A DNA stretch of 64,000 nucleotides from Escherichia phage alia, in the sequence record NC_052655.1; one strand, written 5' to 3'. Positions 1 through 9,616 of the stretch are shown piece after piece; position 1 is the first letter of the stretch, and every line of letters starts with the position of its first letter. The position numbers and the translations under genes were made by a program. Under the pieces are notes generated by a model. The model did not search any database, was not told the origin of the DNA, and was given only the letters and a program-made list of their open reading frames with translations.

Positions 1-258
1 GATCGACCTCCATTGCGGAATGCACGTTTAGTAATGTTTGACATAGTGATCAAATCTTGAAGCGTCATACCAGGAAAATGCTGTTCAAGAACACCTTCAA
101 CAGCACCTACAATATCTGATAACTCAATAAGTTGCATCAGCTTGCAATCTTGATCAATAGCATCTTGAAGTTCATAAAGCTCTTCTTGAATCTTAGCAAC
201 AGAACCATATTTCTCTTTGCTAATCTCCTTCAGATGATACCCTGCCACTTTAACCCCC

Positions 259-1995
259 TTAGTTTACCAGTTTATTTATGTCTGGTAAAAGATTTATTTC
301 ACCTAAGAAATCACCTTCACCTTCCTCTAGCCAACTCTCATATGCTTGTGCATGATTATAGTTACCATCAAAAGAATCTGCAACAAATTTTTCTACAGTT
401 TTTCGAGATGTGCCAGCGCCAAATACACCAAGTTTAATACCATTGATCGGTAAAGTGGTACTTGTGGGTACTTTCTCTGTTGCAACACGGTTGATATCTA
501 TAATCTCCTGTACGGTTGTGTTCCATTGTAAGCATTTAACACAACGGGTATGCGCTACATACAGTAGGTTTCGCTCTGCCTCTTCTAGTCCTACCCATTC
601 ACCAGTCTTTTTATCATAGTTGGAAGGAAAATCATTAGCAACAATAACCTGATCCCACTCCAAACCTTTAGACTTATGTGCTGTAGTCAGTGTGACTTTT
701 GCTGTAGGAGAATTTCTATGCGTTCTAAGTGTATGTGCTATAGTGTTTGCCTTACCAGAAACTACGATGTTTAACAAGCGTTTAGCATCTGGATCAGCCT
801 CTGCACACTCAACAAATTCATTCCAGTCTGCGTAAGGTAATACAGTTTCATGTTTTACTTTCTCAATATCTCCTCTCCGAAGAGCATTAACACTATCTAC
901 CATAGAGATAAAATCCCTGGTATCTACGTTAATAATAATTTCTTCCCCATCTGCAATACGATCCATTGCCTCCATAAGCAAGGTTAAATTCTTGCGAAAG
1001 ATGATAGTGTAAGGTTTTGTATAGTCTACAACATCTGATTTGTAGCTACCTACTACAGTATCAAAGCCTTTACCAACCAAAGGGTGACGCAAAGGTTCTT
1101 TATCGCTTAAAATCATATTGGCAATGTTTGCCACTTTGGGGCCAAAACGGAAGCAAGCAGTTAATGGAAGCTCTGCCCCATATGTAGATGTTTCCTTCAT
1201 CATATTTTGGCTTCCACGGAACTGGTAGATGCTCTGATATTCGTCACCCACCACTACTACTTGTTTTGCAGATTTAGCATTTCGCAGAATAGACAAAAAT
1301 GCAGGGTTAACATCCTGGAATTCATCACCAAAAATAATATCATAACCAAGATCAGCACCAGACAATTCAAATAATTTTACATAGGTGTCATGCGTCATCA
1401 AAGTATCTGTGTTAGGATCGATGCGCTCTCGCCACAATTGTTTTGCATACTTAACTACTTCTGTAATTAGTTTGTGTTCGTTAATACCTTTTCTTTTAAT
1501 ATCTGCAAGATGTACACTAGGAAAATGTTTACGGCTGATAAAAGGATCATCCGAAAATTCAAACTTACCTACGGTTTGTTTGATCATTAAACCAATCATA
1601 GCACGAGTTAAAAGTGTTTTCCCTCGTTTATCAATAAGATTATTAATCTTAAATTTCTTTGCTATCTCACTACCTGTACCTGCAACGTTAACATACTGTC
1701 CTTCTGGTCGTGATAGTTTTGCACGTAAACGATGATCCAGGAATTGATAGCAAATAGAATGCAATGTACGGCATTCTACATTTAGTGGCATCTTACGTCG
1801 TGCTTCTTCTGCCATGCTTTTATTGAAAGCTAAGTAAAGAATGCGATCTTCTGTACTGTTAGCCAGCAAATAAAGTGTTGACGTTTTGCCTGATCCAGAT
1901 TTAGCTTGGATAGTTAAAAAGCGATGGTCTGGAAAAGCCTCCTTAATAGCTGTTTGCTCTTCTGTTGGAGTGAAGCTCAACTCTTTCTTAGCCAT
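259..1995 (-). CDS. UvrD/Rep-like superfamily 1 DNA helicase
   Basis: Track ORF trimmed to Met14 (GAGAGG RBS); Walker A GSGKT, motif II DEFQD, motif III GDEYQSIYQFRGS. Confidence 0.75.
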   Translation of the reverse strand: MAKKELSFTPTEEQTAIKEAFPDHRFLTIQAKSGSGKTSTLYLLANSTEDRILYLAFNKSMAEEARRKMPLNVECRTLHSICYQFLDHRLRAKLSRPEGQYVNVAGTGSEIAKKFKINNLIDKRGKTLLTRAMIGLMIKQTVGKFEFSDDPFISRKHFPSVHLADIKRKGINEHKLITEVVKYAKQLWRERIDPNTDTLMTHDTYVKLFELSGADLGYDIIFGDEFQDVNPAFLSILRNAKSAKQVVVVGDEYQSIYQFRGSQNMMKETSTYGAELPLTACFRFGPKVANIANMILSDKEPLRHPLVGKGFDTVVGSYKSDVVDYTKPYTIIFRKNLTLLMEAMDRIADGEEIIINVDTRDFISMVDSVNALRRGDIEKVKHETVLPYADWNEFVECAEADPDAKRLLNIVVSGKANTIAHTLRTHRNSPTAKVTLTTAHKSKGLEWDQVIVANDFPSNYDKKTGEWVGLEEAERNLLYVAHTRCVKCLQWNTTVQEIIDINRVATEKVPTSTTLPINGIKLGVFGAGTSRKTVEKFVADSFDGNYNHAQAYESWLEEGEGDFLGEINLLPDINKLVN

Positions 1996-1996
1996 T

Positions 1997-2473
1997 TCAA
2001 CCTCTCTTAATTTGTTTAACAAGCATAGGAACAAAATCTCGTTTTAAAATTTGTTCAATAATATGATCAGGTAGCTGTTGGAAATTATAATTAAAAGCTA
2101 CTGTCTCACCTTTAGGTGTTTCTACCCGCACATATAACATGTTACGAAGTTTATCCACTTGTGCTGTGTATTCTAAACCATGTAATTGATGCATTGCAAA
2201 CATCAAATCATCAGTTTCAGTTTGGAATCTATCCCTTCCCTGCATCAAGGACAAGGAAAAAGGTAGATTTTCTCTAAGAGCCACCTTCTTAGGCACTAGT
2301 GAAGGGAAATATTCCCCAATAACTGCCTGTGTAAGCTGAATACACTCTTTTTCAAGCTGGTTTTGTTCCTTGAGTTCACAAACACTCTTTTGTAAAGTGT
2401 TAACCTCTTTTTGCAAAGCTGCTAGTTGAGCACTTAACTTTCTTTTTTGATTACGACCAAAACGTTTAGACAT
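1997..2473 (-). CDS. hypothetical protein, basic N-terminus and coiled-coil-like region
   Basis: Track ORF 158 aa; co-directional tight packing with neighbours. Confidence 0.5.
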   Translation of the reverse strand: MSKRFGRNQKRKLSAQLAALQKEVNTLQKSVCELKEQNQLEKECIQLTQAVIGEYFPSLVPKKVALRENLPFSLSLMQGRDRFQTETDDLMFAMHQLHGLEYTAQVDKLRNMLYVRVETPKGETVAFNYNFQQLPDHIIEQILKRDFVPMLVKQIKRG

Positions 2474-2482
2474 ATTTTCCCC

Positions 2483-2998
2483 CTAGTAAAACCCTTTAAC
2501 AATCTGTATTAACTCGGCACAACGGTTGACCAACTTTTCCTCATACAATACACGTTGTGGCATATGTTGTATAATATACTCCATTTGCTCATGCCATGTC
2601 CACTTTTCTTTTTTGTCTGGGATAACATCACTAGCACGAGAATTATCTTTTAATGTTTGTATAATCCAATTGCTTGGAAAGTGCTCTCCACCTTTCTTAA
2701 ATGGTTTATAGTGGCCTAGAGTGAATTGAGAATCCCCTGTTAGAGCACCCAATTTATTTAGATGGATAATCAAACTACGAAACACATAATATTCATAAAT
2801 GTTATCCACCGTATAGCAAGCATAATATTTCAAGATGCCCTTATCTCGCGGATACTTACCAACATCCAGATTGCACCAGTTGACATTTTCTGGATCATAG
2901 TGGTGTTCCTTAAGCCATATTTCTCTTTCATCAAAGTCTGGATATATTACCGCTCTGCTTACAGAGTCAACAAGTGGGGATTGAGCATCAAAAAACAT
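2483..2998 (-). CDS. hypothetical protein
   Basis: Track ORF 171 aa; co-directional packing. Confidence 0.5.
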   Translation of the reverse strand: MFFDAQSPLVDSVSRAVIYPDFDEREIWLKEHHYDPENVNWCNLDVGKYPRDKGILKYYACYTVDNIYEYYVFRSLIIHLNKLGALTGDSQFTLGHYKPFKKGGEHFPSNWIIQTLKDNSRASDVIPDKKEKWTWHEQMEYIIQHMPQRVLYEEKLVNRCAELIQIVKGFY

Positions 2999-3019
2999 TA
3001 TATTTTCCTTATTGGTTTG

Positions 3020-3385
3020 TTAAACGTTTTCTAAATCTTTTAAGGCATTACCCAACGTTAGAACAATAACATCGTTTGCTGCCTCTTCCCCGTTGATATT
3101 GGTGAAATTTGGTGTGACAAAAGTAACCATATAAAACTCGTCCACCTGGAAGACAGCAATAACACCATCCATCTTAACATCTTGACGAAAGGAAAAACCA
3201 ATCATCTTCTCTTGCAAAGGCATATCCCCTTCCTTCATTACCGCTAGGGAGTTTTCAGGAATGTTATATTTATCTGCTCCGATGTAGATGTACGTAATGT
3301 TATCTTTATCGTGATGATACAGGGTTGCTTTTTCCATATCTAAACCTGACAGATCAAATACGTTAATTTCTTGTGTAGTCTTCAT
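3020..3385 (-). CDS. hypothetical protein
   Basis: Track ORF trimmed to Met26 preceded by GGGAGGA RBS. Confidence 0.5.
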   Translation of the reverse strand: MKTTQEINVFDLSGLDMEKATLYHHDKDNITYIYIGADKYNIPENSLAVMKEGDMPLQEKMIGFSFRQDVKMDGVIAVFQVDEFYMVTFVTPNFTNINGEEAANDVIVLTLGNALKDLENV

Positions 3386-3749
3386 AAATATCCTCCCAAA
3401 TCCAATAATCATCTGTGTAAGTAGGATGCCTTTTATCCCACTCTGCTCTAGCCCAAGCAACCGCTGCTACCAACACATCACCATGACAAGGTTGAGGTGC
3501 GCAGAAGCAAACTAAGTCTTTCCCTTCTAATTCTAACAAATCATCAAGAGTGATTTTACCACAACGAATTTGTTTCCACAACCACTCTTTATATCTTTGT
3601 ATAGTTGACCCTCGTGGTTCATCATCCTTTAACTTAAAAGGATTTGCAAACTTTGAGGCTTTTAACCCCATAAGAGGCATAGCTCTGCCAATGTAAACTG
3701 CACCTTCAGGTATTACTTTACCTAAGTGGTAAAAATTTAATACTTTCAT
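3363..3749 (-). CDS. hypothetical Cys/His-containing protein (YIGR...CFCAP..CHGD motifs)
   Basis: Track ORF trimmed to Met9; start overlaps upstream stop (coupling). Confidence 0.5.
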   Translation of the reverse strand: MKVLNFYHLGKVIPEGAVYIGRAMPLMGLKASKFANPFKLKDDEPRGSTIQRYKEWLWKQIRCGKITLDDLLELEGKDLVCFCAPQPCHGDVLVAAVAWARAEWDKRHPTYTDDYWIWEDIYEDYTRN

Positions 3750-3750
3750 A

Positions 3751-4101
3751 TTAACCCAAACACATCTGTGCAATCAAGCCCTGTATAAATTTATTAGCTT
3801 CTTTACTGTCGTAGTCAGTCTCTTCTGGATATCCATCTTCATCGTACACAACTGTACCTTCAATATACCCTGCCTCAATTAAGGCGCGGATCATATCAAA
3901 TTGCCAGCATGAGTTACCAAATGGACGTTTACCATTAAAACACTCTTCTTCTCTCCATAACGTAGAGAGTAGTTGTCGGAAATATTCCCGTACAGTGACA
4001 GTACCAAGATCTGAATCCTCAAACATAACATCCAGGGCATCAGGATTGCTTTTCTCTACATAAGGAATGTATTTAACACCATTAATAGTTACATCAAGCA
4101 T
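3751..4101 (-). CDS. hypothetical protein
   Basis: Track ORF 116 aa. Confidence 0.5.
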   Translation of the reverse strand: MLDVTINGVKYIPYVEKSNPDALDVMFEDSDLGTVTVREYFRQLLSTLWREEECFNGKRPFGNSCWQFDMIRALIEAGYIEGTVVYDEDGYPEETDYDSKEANKFIQGLIAQMCLG

Positions 4102-4464
4102 TTATTTCTCCTTATCATCATATTCTAGGAACATGTCTGCACGATATGCTTTACGCTCTTCAAACTTAGCAGGATTTACAACAATAAGCAATACAAGGTT
4201 AACATCTAAATACTTCTTAACAAATAGAAATAAATCTTTTCCACAGTTAAAACCTACACCAGTATAGGCATCCCCATATTGATCTACTGATTTAATCTTC
4301 TTACTAACCGTACATTCTATGCTATTCTTTTCTTCTTGGTATAAGGCTTTCCCACCCCAATATGTAAAGAATTTAGTACCGTCAGCACCAAGTTTAAAAC
4401 CTTCTGTTGCATGTCCAGCAAATGAAAGTAAACATAACCAAGTGATCATCAGGTACTTTAGCAT
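4102..4464 (-). CDS. hypothetical secreted or lipoprotein-like protein
   Basis: Track ORF trimmed to Met19; signal-like hydrophobic N-terminus MLKYLMITWLCLLSFAGHA. Confidence 0.45.
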   Translation of the reverse strand: MLKYLMITWLCLLSFAGHATEGFKLGADGTKFFTYWGGKALYQEEKNSIECTVSKKIKSVDQYGDAYTGVGFNCGKDLFLFVKKYLDVNLVLLIVVNPAKFEERKAYRADMFLEYDDKEK

Positions 4465-4465
4465 T

Positions 4466-4948
4466 TTAACCACCCAATTGCAAATGTTTAGAAAGAACAA
4501 TATCCCATTGATCACCACAACCGTTATCTATGCGGAACATAATGTACGTATCATCTTCTTCTACAATATACCGTACCTCATAGGAATTACAACAGCCTTC
4601 CCAATTTTTAACGGCTTCTGGTGTATGATGTGTAAGAATTTCATTACCATCATATGACCAAAACAAAGGAGTAAGGTTTTCGAAGGTCAGTGAAGTAGGG
4701 TTTACTTCATCTTTAACTGCTTCCTCATATTCTTTATGCGTTTGTACTGCTTTAGTTAGTGTACTCATGTCTATCTCCTTTTCTCCTTCTTGACTATGGA
4801 GGATAGCAAACTCTCTAAACTCCACTTCACGCCATGTTTTCAGGTAGTGCTTTATAATTTTATCAACATCTGCCTGTTCAACATTACTTTTCAAGCAATA
4901 GTAATCATGGTCTTCGCCCATTCTACCCCATATGCTATACATTGTCAT
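4466..4948 (-). CDS. hypothetical protein
   Basis: Track ORF 160 aa; AAGGA upstream of start. Confidence 0.5.
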   Translation of the reverse strand: MTMYSIWGRMGEDHDYYCLKSNVEQADVDKIIKHYLKTWREVEFREFAILHSQEGEKEIDMSTLTKAVQTHKEYEEAVKDEVNPTSLTFENLTPLFWSYDGNEILTHHTPEAVKNWEGCCNSYEVRYIVEEDDTYIMFRIDNGCGDQWDIVLSKHLQLGG

Positions 4949-5216
4949 CTGATTGATCCTTTACATTGTCCTTGGCATACACAGGAATAACATCATCATG
5001 ATCTTTATTACTTTCATCTGTTAAAGCCCAAAACAACTTACCTGCTGGATGTTTAAAGATGTAAGCAATAGGTTCCTCTTCCTGTGCTTCTTTGCTACGG
5101 ATGCCATCCCGCCAGGCAAGCCAAGTGTAGATCATCATCTCTTGACGTTCTTCTTCATTAGGCCACAGATGTGGTAGAAAGTTTTTATCAAACCATTGCT
5201 TAAACTCTTCAGTCAT
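4935..5216 (-). CDS. hypothetical protein
   Basis: Track ORF 93 aa. Confidence 0.5.
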   Translation of the reverse strand: MTEEFKQWFDKNFLPHLWPNEEERQEMMIYTWLAWRDGIRSKEAQEEEPIAYIFKHPAGKLFWALTDESNKDHDDVIPVYAKDNVKDQSDDNV

Positions 5217-5451
5217 AATCTACTCCTTAGCGTACAAAGTTAACTTCTGCTTCTTTCAGCTTTGACACTTCTACATAACCACCATGATCATCTTTAATCC
5301 ATTCTTTTCCTTTACGGATGATAACAGGGTAGGTAGAGTGAGTAAGTTTAGGTACAGATCTTTTTGTTTTAGTAATAGAAATGTTTTGCATAGTAGTCTC
5401 CTTAGTAAATTTTACATAGAGTCTAGCTTATTTAGTAGATAGAGTCAATAA

Positions 5452-5718
5452 CTAATTACTGTTAGATCTGTACTCTGTCTTCCATTCACAATGGTAAACT
5501 TCAACAGGTTCTAACTTCCAATGTTCAGGAACTAATTCAGGACAATATCTACAAAAGAGAAATAGATAGATAACTAAGACAGGTATTAAATAGTAAAATG
5601 GTATACGATCATAACCATACTTACGAGATAACATGTAGACATATAGATAGGGTATAACAATTAATCCTATAACTATAAGTAAGAAGAGAAGTATAAACCT
5701 TAGTGTAGTAACATCCAT
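5452..5718 (-). CDS. small membrane protein
   Basis: Track ORF 88 aa; two long hydrophobic segments; AGGAGAA RBS. Confidence 0.5.
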   Translation of the reverse strand: MDVTTLRFILLFLLIVIGLIVIPYLYVYMLSRKYGYDRIPFYYLIPVLVIYLFLFCRYCPELVPEHWKLEPVEVYHCEWKTEYRSNSN

Positions 5719-5784
5719 AGTATTCTCCTATACAGTAATATACTCTGTTCCTGCCCCTCCATGAGTGACAGGAACAATATCTAT

Positions 5785-5860
5785 AGAGAATACTAACTCG
5801 CTTCGCTCGTCACCTTTCAGGTTTAGGGTAGCATGTTTTTCTGAAAAAGTCAATACTCTC
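5785..5860. repeat. copy 1 of a ~75-bp non-coding element (GAATA..CTCGCT.TCGCTCG..TTAGGGTAGCATGTTTTT)
   Basis: Near-identical core AGGGTAGCATGTTTTT and flanks also at 32928-33000. Confidence 0.5.
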
Positions 5861-5882
5861 CACAAAACTTTACAAAATACTT

Positions 5883-6155
5883 TTACATAGGTACAACAGA
5901 GTCTGTTTTGAAGTCGTACATATGATTTACACCTGTGATTTTTGACATAGAGATTGCACGTTTAACACCTGCAATTACCTGGTCTGTCTTCTTAATCTCT
6001 TCACGGAACTTACGTACAGTTAGAGAGAAGAAACGATGATCCATCCATTGACGATTCACACGATCACGCTTGAAGTGACGGAAATCTTCAATCTGCTTAT
6101 TGCGCAATCGGCGCAGTACATGCAATAGTTGATAGTAAGGGTGTTTATTTTTCAT
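5883..6155 (-). CDS. small basic protein, possibly nucleic-acid binding
   Basis: Track ORF 90 aa, Arg/Lys rich. Confidence 0.5.
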   Translation of the reverse strand: MKNKHPYYQLLHVLRRLRNKQIEDFRHFKRDRVNRQWMDHRFFSLTVRKFREEIKKTDQVIAGVKRAISMSKITGVNHMYDFKTDSVVPM

Positions 6156-6158
6156 AAA

Positions 6159-6587
6159 TTATTCTCCAAATCGAAAGTCGTCAATATCATCAAACCATAC
6201 ACAATGGCGAGTCCTTTCTTTTTCTGTTGCAGACATTGTTTCAACAGCTTTAGGACTAAGCACAACAGGAATGTAACGAACAGGTCGTTCATAATAGTAG
6301 CCATACTTTTCTGTATTAGCTGCCTCAAAGACTTTACGGCGTTCTTCAAGATCTTCTATGGTGAATCCTACCATATAACCATCATGTTTGCTACCCCATC
6401 CTTCCTCACTTTCAACAATCGGGATATAAAAGCCGTTACGCGTCCCTGACGCTGGTTCTTCTTGAGCCTGAAGGCAAGCCTCCCATCCTGCTTTAAAGAT
6501 GTTATAGAGCGATTTACGCACGTTATGAGTGCCGCTTTCGCTTGCTGGATAGAGTTCATTAAATTTGTCTTGGATTTGTTGCGTCAT
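6159..6587 (-). CDS. hypothetical protein
   Basis: Track ORF 142 aa. Confidence 0.5.
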   Translation of the reverse strand: MTQQIQDKFNELYPASESGTHNVRKSLYNIFKAGWEACLQAQEEPASGTRNGFYIPIVESEEGWGSKHDGYMVGFTIEDLEERRKVFEAANTEKYGYYYERPVRYIPVVLSPKAVETMSATEKERTRHCVWFDDIDDFRFGE

Positions 6588-6730
6588 ACTCGCCCCTTAG
6601 TGATTATTTGACCAGCTAAACAAATAGCTTGCAGTACAGTAAAGAAATAGCCTAATTTTACACCACCCAATACCCAGAATGCAATGTTTGCAAACAAACA
6701 AAAAGCAATATTAAGTCTAAAGAATAACAT

Positions 6731-6931
6731 TTAATCCCCTTCATATTTAGGTAAAGGCATATATGCCACAATGGGAGGGTAATCAAAGTGAAAATGATGG
6801 TTCACCACAATAATCTTACCAGACATACTTTTATGCACTTCACAATACCCTTTTTCACCATCTTCCATTACCACCACATACTCACCTAGTGGAATATCGT
6901 ATGGATCTTCTACTTTTACCCATTCTGTCAT
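6731..6931 (-). CDS. hypothetical small protein
   Basis: Track ORF trimmed to Met23 with GAGGAG RBS; start overlaps upstream stop (ATGA). Confidence 0.4.
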   Translation of the reverse strand: MTEWVKVEDPYDIPLGEYVVVMEDGEKGYCEVHKSMSGKIIVVNHHFHFDYPPIVAYMPLPKYEGD

Positions 6932-7083
6932 TTTGTAAACTCCTCGTAGTAAGGTAAAGCCTTGATTAGTTGTTCTGAAGTGCCATTTTGCACCCACGTA
7001 ACACCATTGTCAACAGAAACATACCCTTTTTTGTCAATAAATTTACGCAGACAGCCAGTGAACTTATTTTTGTAGATAGCCAT
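6928..7083 (-). CDS. hypothetical small protein (51 aa)
   Basis: Hand-called ORF MAIYKNKFTGCLRKF.. with AGGAG RBS; below track length cut-off. Confidence 0.4.
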   Translation of the reverse strand: MAIYKNKFTGCLRKFIDKKGYVSVDNGVTWVQNGTSEQLIKALPYYEEFTK

Positions 7084-7095
7084 GTTTACTCCTTG

Positions 7096-7452
7096 TTACA
7101 TCCACAGATTATGAAAATACTTAGCAAACAAAATGCGACCTTCTAAACGATCTTGCCGCTGTTTTTCATTAACCTCTTCTGGTGGAGTTGAGTCCTTAAA
7201 AGAAGACTCCATTTTTTCAAGAATTTCTAACCAGTGTTCTGTTGCTCGTTCTTCCATGTAAGGTAGATAGTCACCTTTAGCGTGTGGGTACATCCGACGA
7301 AGTAACCCACTAGGAATTTTAACATTGTTTGTGGCTATCACTTTTGCACGATATGTAGAAAGTGCATTGTAGATCAGTTTACTTAGTGTCACATCTAAGT
7401 CAAGAAGATCACTCTCTTCAAATTGAATTTCATCGTGTACAATTTTCATCAT
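7096..7452 (-). CDS. hypothetical protein
   Basis: Track ORF 118 aa. Confidence 0.5.
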   Translation of the reverse strand: MMKIVHDEIQFEESDLLDLDVTLSKLIYNALSTYRAKVIATNNVKIPSGLLRRMYPHAKGDYLPYMEERATEHWLEILEKMESSFKDSTPPEEVNEKQRQDRLEGRILFAKYFHNLWM

Positions 7453-7733
7453 GCTTTCTCCCGATCTGCCTCTAATTTCAATAAGAAAGCTGTATACTCT
7501 TCCGAGCCTTGATGTAAAAACATGCGATAAGAGCTTACTAGTTTCTTCGTTGTCGTATAACGTTCCATTTCCCCAACAACACCTCCACCCAAGGTGTAGA
7601 GCACAACACCCTCAAAACCAACATGAGTTACTACTTCAATCAAATCTGTGTTATCCCAATGGTAGTTAGGTGACACAATAAGATCGCCAACTGCCAATTT
7701 AATGTTTGCTGCTTCGTTTTGTGAATAATACAC
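7449..7733 (-). CDS. hypothetical protein
   Basis: Track ORF 94 aa; ATGA overlap with downstream gene. Confidence 0.5.
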   Translation of the reverse strand: MYYSQNEAANIKLAVGDLIVSPNYHWDNTDLIEVVTHVGFEGVVLYTLGGGVVGEMERYTTTKKLVSSYRMFLHQGSEEYTAFLLKLEADREKA

Positions 7734-7745
7734 TTGGTTCTCCTC

Positions 7746-8036
7746 TCACATTAAAACACGTTTTGCATTGCTTGGTGCATTGTCGAACATGTTTATCACT
7801 TTGTCAAGTTTGTGTATTAACTCGTTCGTAATGTTCCACTCTTTGTATGATCTCCATTGTTTCTTATTCTCACCTACCTGGTGTAAAACTTTGATGGGTG
7901 CATTCAAACGTACATTGCGTTCTTTGTCCTCTTCAAAAGAGGCTAACCATTTTTCGTTATGCCCATGAACAGCAATAATAATGCCAAAACCATCAAAAGT
8001 TTCTGTAATATTCTTAGTTGCTAGTGTGATGTTCAT
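7746..8036 (-). CDS. hypothetical protein
   Basis: Track ORF 96 aa; first gene of leftward block. Confidence 0.5.
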   Translation of the reverse strand: MNITLATKNITETFDGFGIIIAVHGHNEKWLASFEEDKERNVRLNAPIKVLHQVGENKKQWRSYKEWNITNELIHKLDKVINMFDNAPSNAKRVLM

Positions 8037-8095
8037 ATCTAACCTCTTTTGTTACGATGCACACAGAGTACCAGAAATTAATTTCAGATCAAGTA

Positions 8096-8123
8096 TTGAC
8101 ATACTGTTTTATTGTGCTAATCT
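8096..8123 (+). promoter_or_regulatory. sigma70-type promoter for the rightward operon
   Basis: TTGACA, 16-nt spacer, TAATCT; in the divergent intergenic region 8037-8155. Confidence 0.45.
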
Positions 8124-8155
8124 TAATGTATACACAAATGAGAGGAGATAAACGA

Positions 8156-8707
8156 ATGCAAAACATCGATCTTACTTGGATAGAAGCCAAAGAAGCAATG
8201 TTAAAAGGCAAACGCGTTAAACATAAATACTTTTGCGAAGGAGAATGGTTTGAAATGCGTAACCGATCCATTGTAGATGAAAAAGGGAATGACATGCAAC
8301 AATGGTTCAAAAATGAAATTTGGCAGGGAACAGGTTGGTCTGTAGTTGAAGAGCAGCCTAGCTCAAGCGCACTGTTTAGCCCTATTATGTATCGCGTTAT
8401 CGGTGCTTTAGTTGTTGATCACGGGATTGCAGTGGAAAAAGAATGCTGGGAAGAGGTATCTTTTTTCAACCTGGCTTCTTATGCAAAAAGCCATATGCAC
8501 TTGTTTGAAGAAGGGGATGAATTTGTTCTTCGTATGCGATATGGCAAAGAATTCAGATTACCACTTGATAATGATGTAGACACTGTTGTAAAATGGTTAG
8601 CAGAGCATTACGCTTACGATGCAATTTGTGGTCGCAGCTTCGGCAACGAACGCTGGGACATGATTTGTGAAAAATATGATTTTGAGCCGGAGTACGGAGT
8701 TTTATAA
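8156..8707 (+). CDS. hypothetical protein, N-terminus tentatively DUF2829-like
   Basis: Track ORF trimmed to Met34 (GAGGAG RBS); N-terminal LTWIEAKEAMLKGKRVKHKYF pattern recalled from DUF2829 family, from memory only. Confidence 0.5.
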   Translation: MQNIDLTWIEAKEAMLKGKRVKHKYFCEGEWFEMRNRSIVDEKGNDMQQWFKNEIWQGTGWSVVEEQPSSSALFSPIMYRVIGALVVDHGIAVEKECWEEVSFFNLASYAKSHMHLFEEGDEFVLRMRYGKEFRLPLDNDVDTVVKWLAEHYAYDAICGRSFGNERWDMICEKYDFEPEYGVL

Positions 8708-8958
8708 TGTTAAGTATCAAACCTAAAATGATAACAGAAGACGAAGCAGACTTTATTTTCAAATGTGGACGTGTATGGAGAGAATTCACAAAAGGGAATG
8801 AAGTGGTTGTTGTTGTCGAACACAAGATATCTATCCAGGATCTGTTTGGACAATATGTTGATGTTATTAAATTAGGTATTGACAAGGGTTTAGTTGAGGT
8901 GTTAACATTAGATCAAGTTGAAGCAGAGCACCTCGATAAAGTGGTGGTTGAATTTTAA
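8707..8958 (+). CDS. hypothetical protein
   Basis: Track ORF 83 aa; start overlaps upstream stop. Confidence 0.5.
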   Translation: MLSIKPKMITEDEADFIFKCGRVWREFTKGNEVVVVVEHKISIQDLFGQYVDVIKLGIDKGLVEVLTLDQVEAEHLDKVVVEF

Positions 8959-8978
8959 AATACAGACGGGAGAAAGGT

Positions 8979-9152
8979 ATGAGTTTCTTTGTTACAGTAT
9001 TTATGGCTATCTGGATTGTAGTCTCACTCGTTCTTTTCCTGGTGGGTTGTCTGGAAGAGATTAAGAAAGCGGTTATTTGCGGTTTCTTTGGCTTTATTAT
9101 CTCTCCTGCCTGGATGTGGTTCTTCATTATGATTGGTTTCCTTAAAAGGTAA
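8979..9152 (+). CDS. small membrane protein (57 aa, two hydrophobic helices)
   Basis: Hand-called ORF MSFFVTVFMAIWIVVSLVLFLVG..; GGGAGAAAGG RBS; below track cut-off. Confidence 0.45.
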   Translation: MSFFVTVFMAIWIVVSLVLFLVGCLEEIKKAVICGFFGFIISPAWMWFFIMIGFLKR

Positions 9153-9166
9153 GTGAGGAATAAAGA

Positions 9167-9604
9167 ATGAGTAAAACAAACGCAATTACAGATAAAGCAA
9201 CTGATGTACTTCTGAACATGGTTAACGTCACTATTCAAACAATGAGTGATGTTGTAGAGTTTGGAAAACAACAAATTCCAGAAGTAATTCATCAATTATT
9301 AATGTGGAAAGCAGTATCCGCAGGTTTATGGCAATTTTTTGGTATTTGCTTTATGTTTATTGCTTTTATTGCTGTGCGGAACCTCATAAAAGCAATTAAA
9401 GATAAAGAATGCCTGTGGTCACGAGATCGCTATGGTGGAGTATCTGCTTTGCCTATTGTTGGTCTTGTTGTCTCTGCTTTCTTTTTCCTTTTAGGATTTA
9501 TTATTTTCTTTTCGAATTTCGATTGGCTAAAAATTATTATTGCACCAAAAGTGTATCTGATTGAATTTGCTGCTGATTTAATTCGTTCATCTCAACAAAG
9601 ATAA
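9167..9604 (+). CDS. membrane protein
   Basis: Track ORF 145 aa; hydrophobic segments; GTGAGGAA RBS. Confidence 0.55.
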   Translation: MSKTNAITDKATDVLLNMVNVTIQTMSDVVEFGKQQIPEVIHQLLMWKAVSAGLWQFFGICFMFIAFIAVRNLIKAIKDKECLWSRDRYGGVSALPIVGLVVSAFFFLLGFIIFFSNFDWLKIIIAPKVYLIEFAADLIRSSQQR

Positions 9605-9616
9605 AAAGGGGTTAAA

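Noticed and set aside
132-619. Track ORFs 132-437 (+) and 410-619 (+)
   Set aside because: Antisense to the helicase gene, no RBS, low-complexity translation; the helicase frame carries clear motifs.
1385-1735. Track ORF 1385-1735 (+)
   Set aside because: Antisense within the helicase gene; no RBS.
5237-5401. Small leftward ORF in the 5217-5451 gap
   Set aside because: On careful translation it is only 39 codons before a stop, with weak support; left unannotated.
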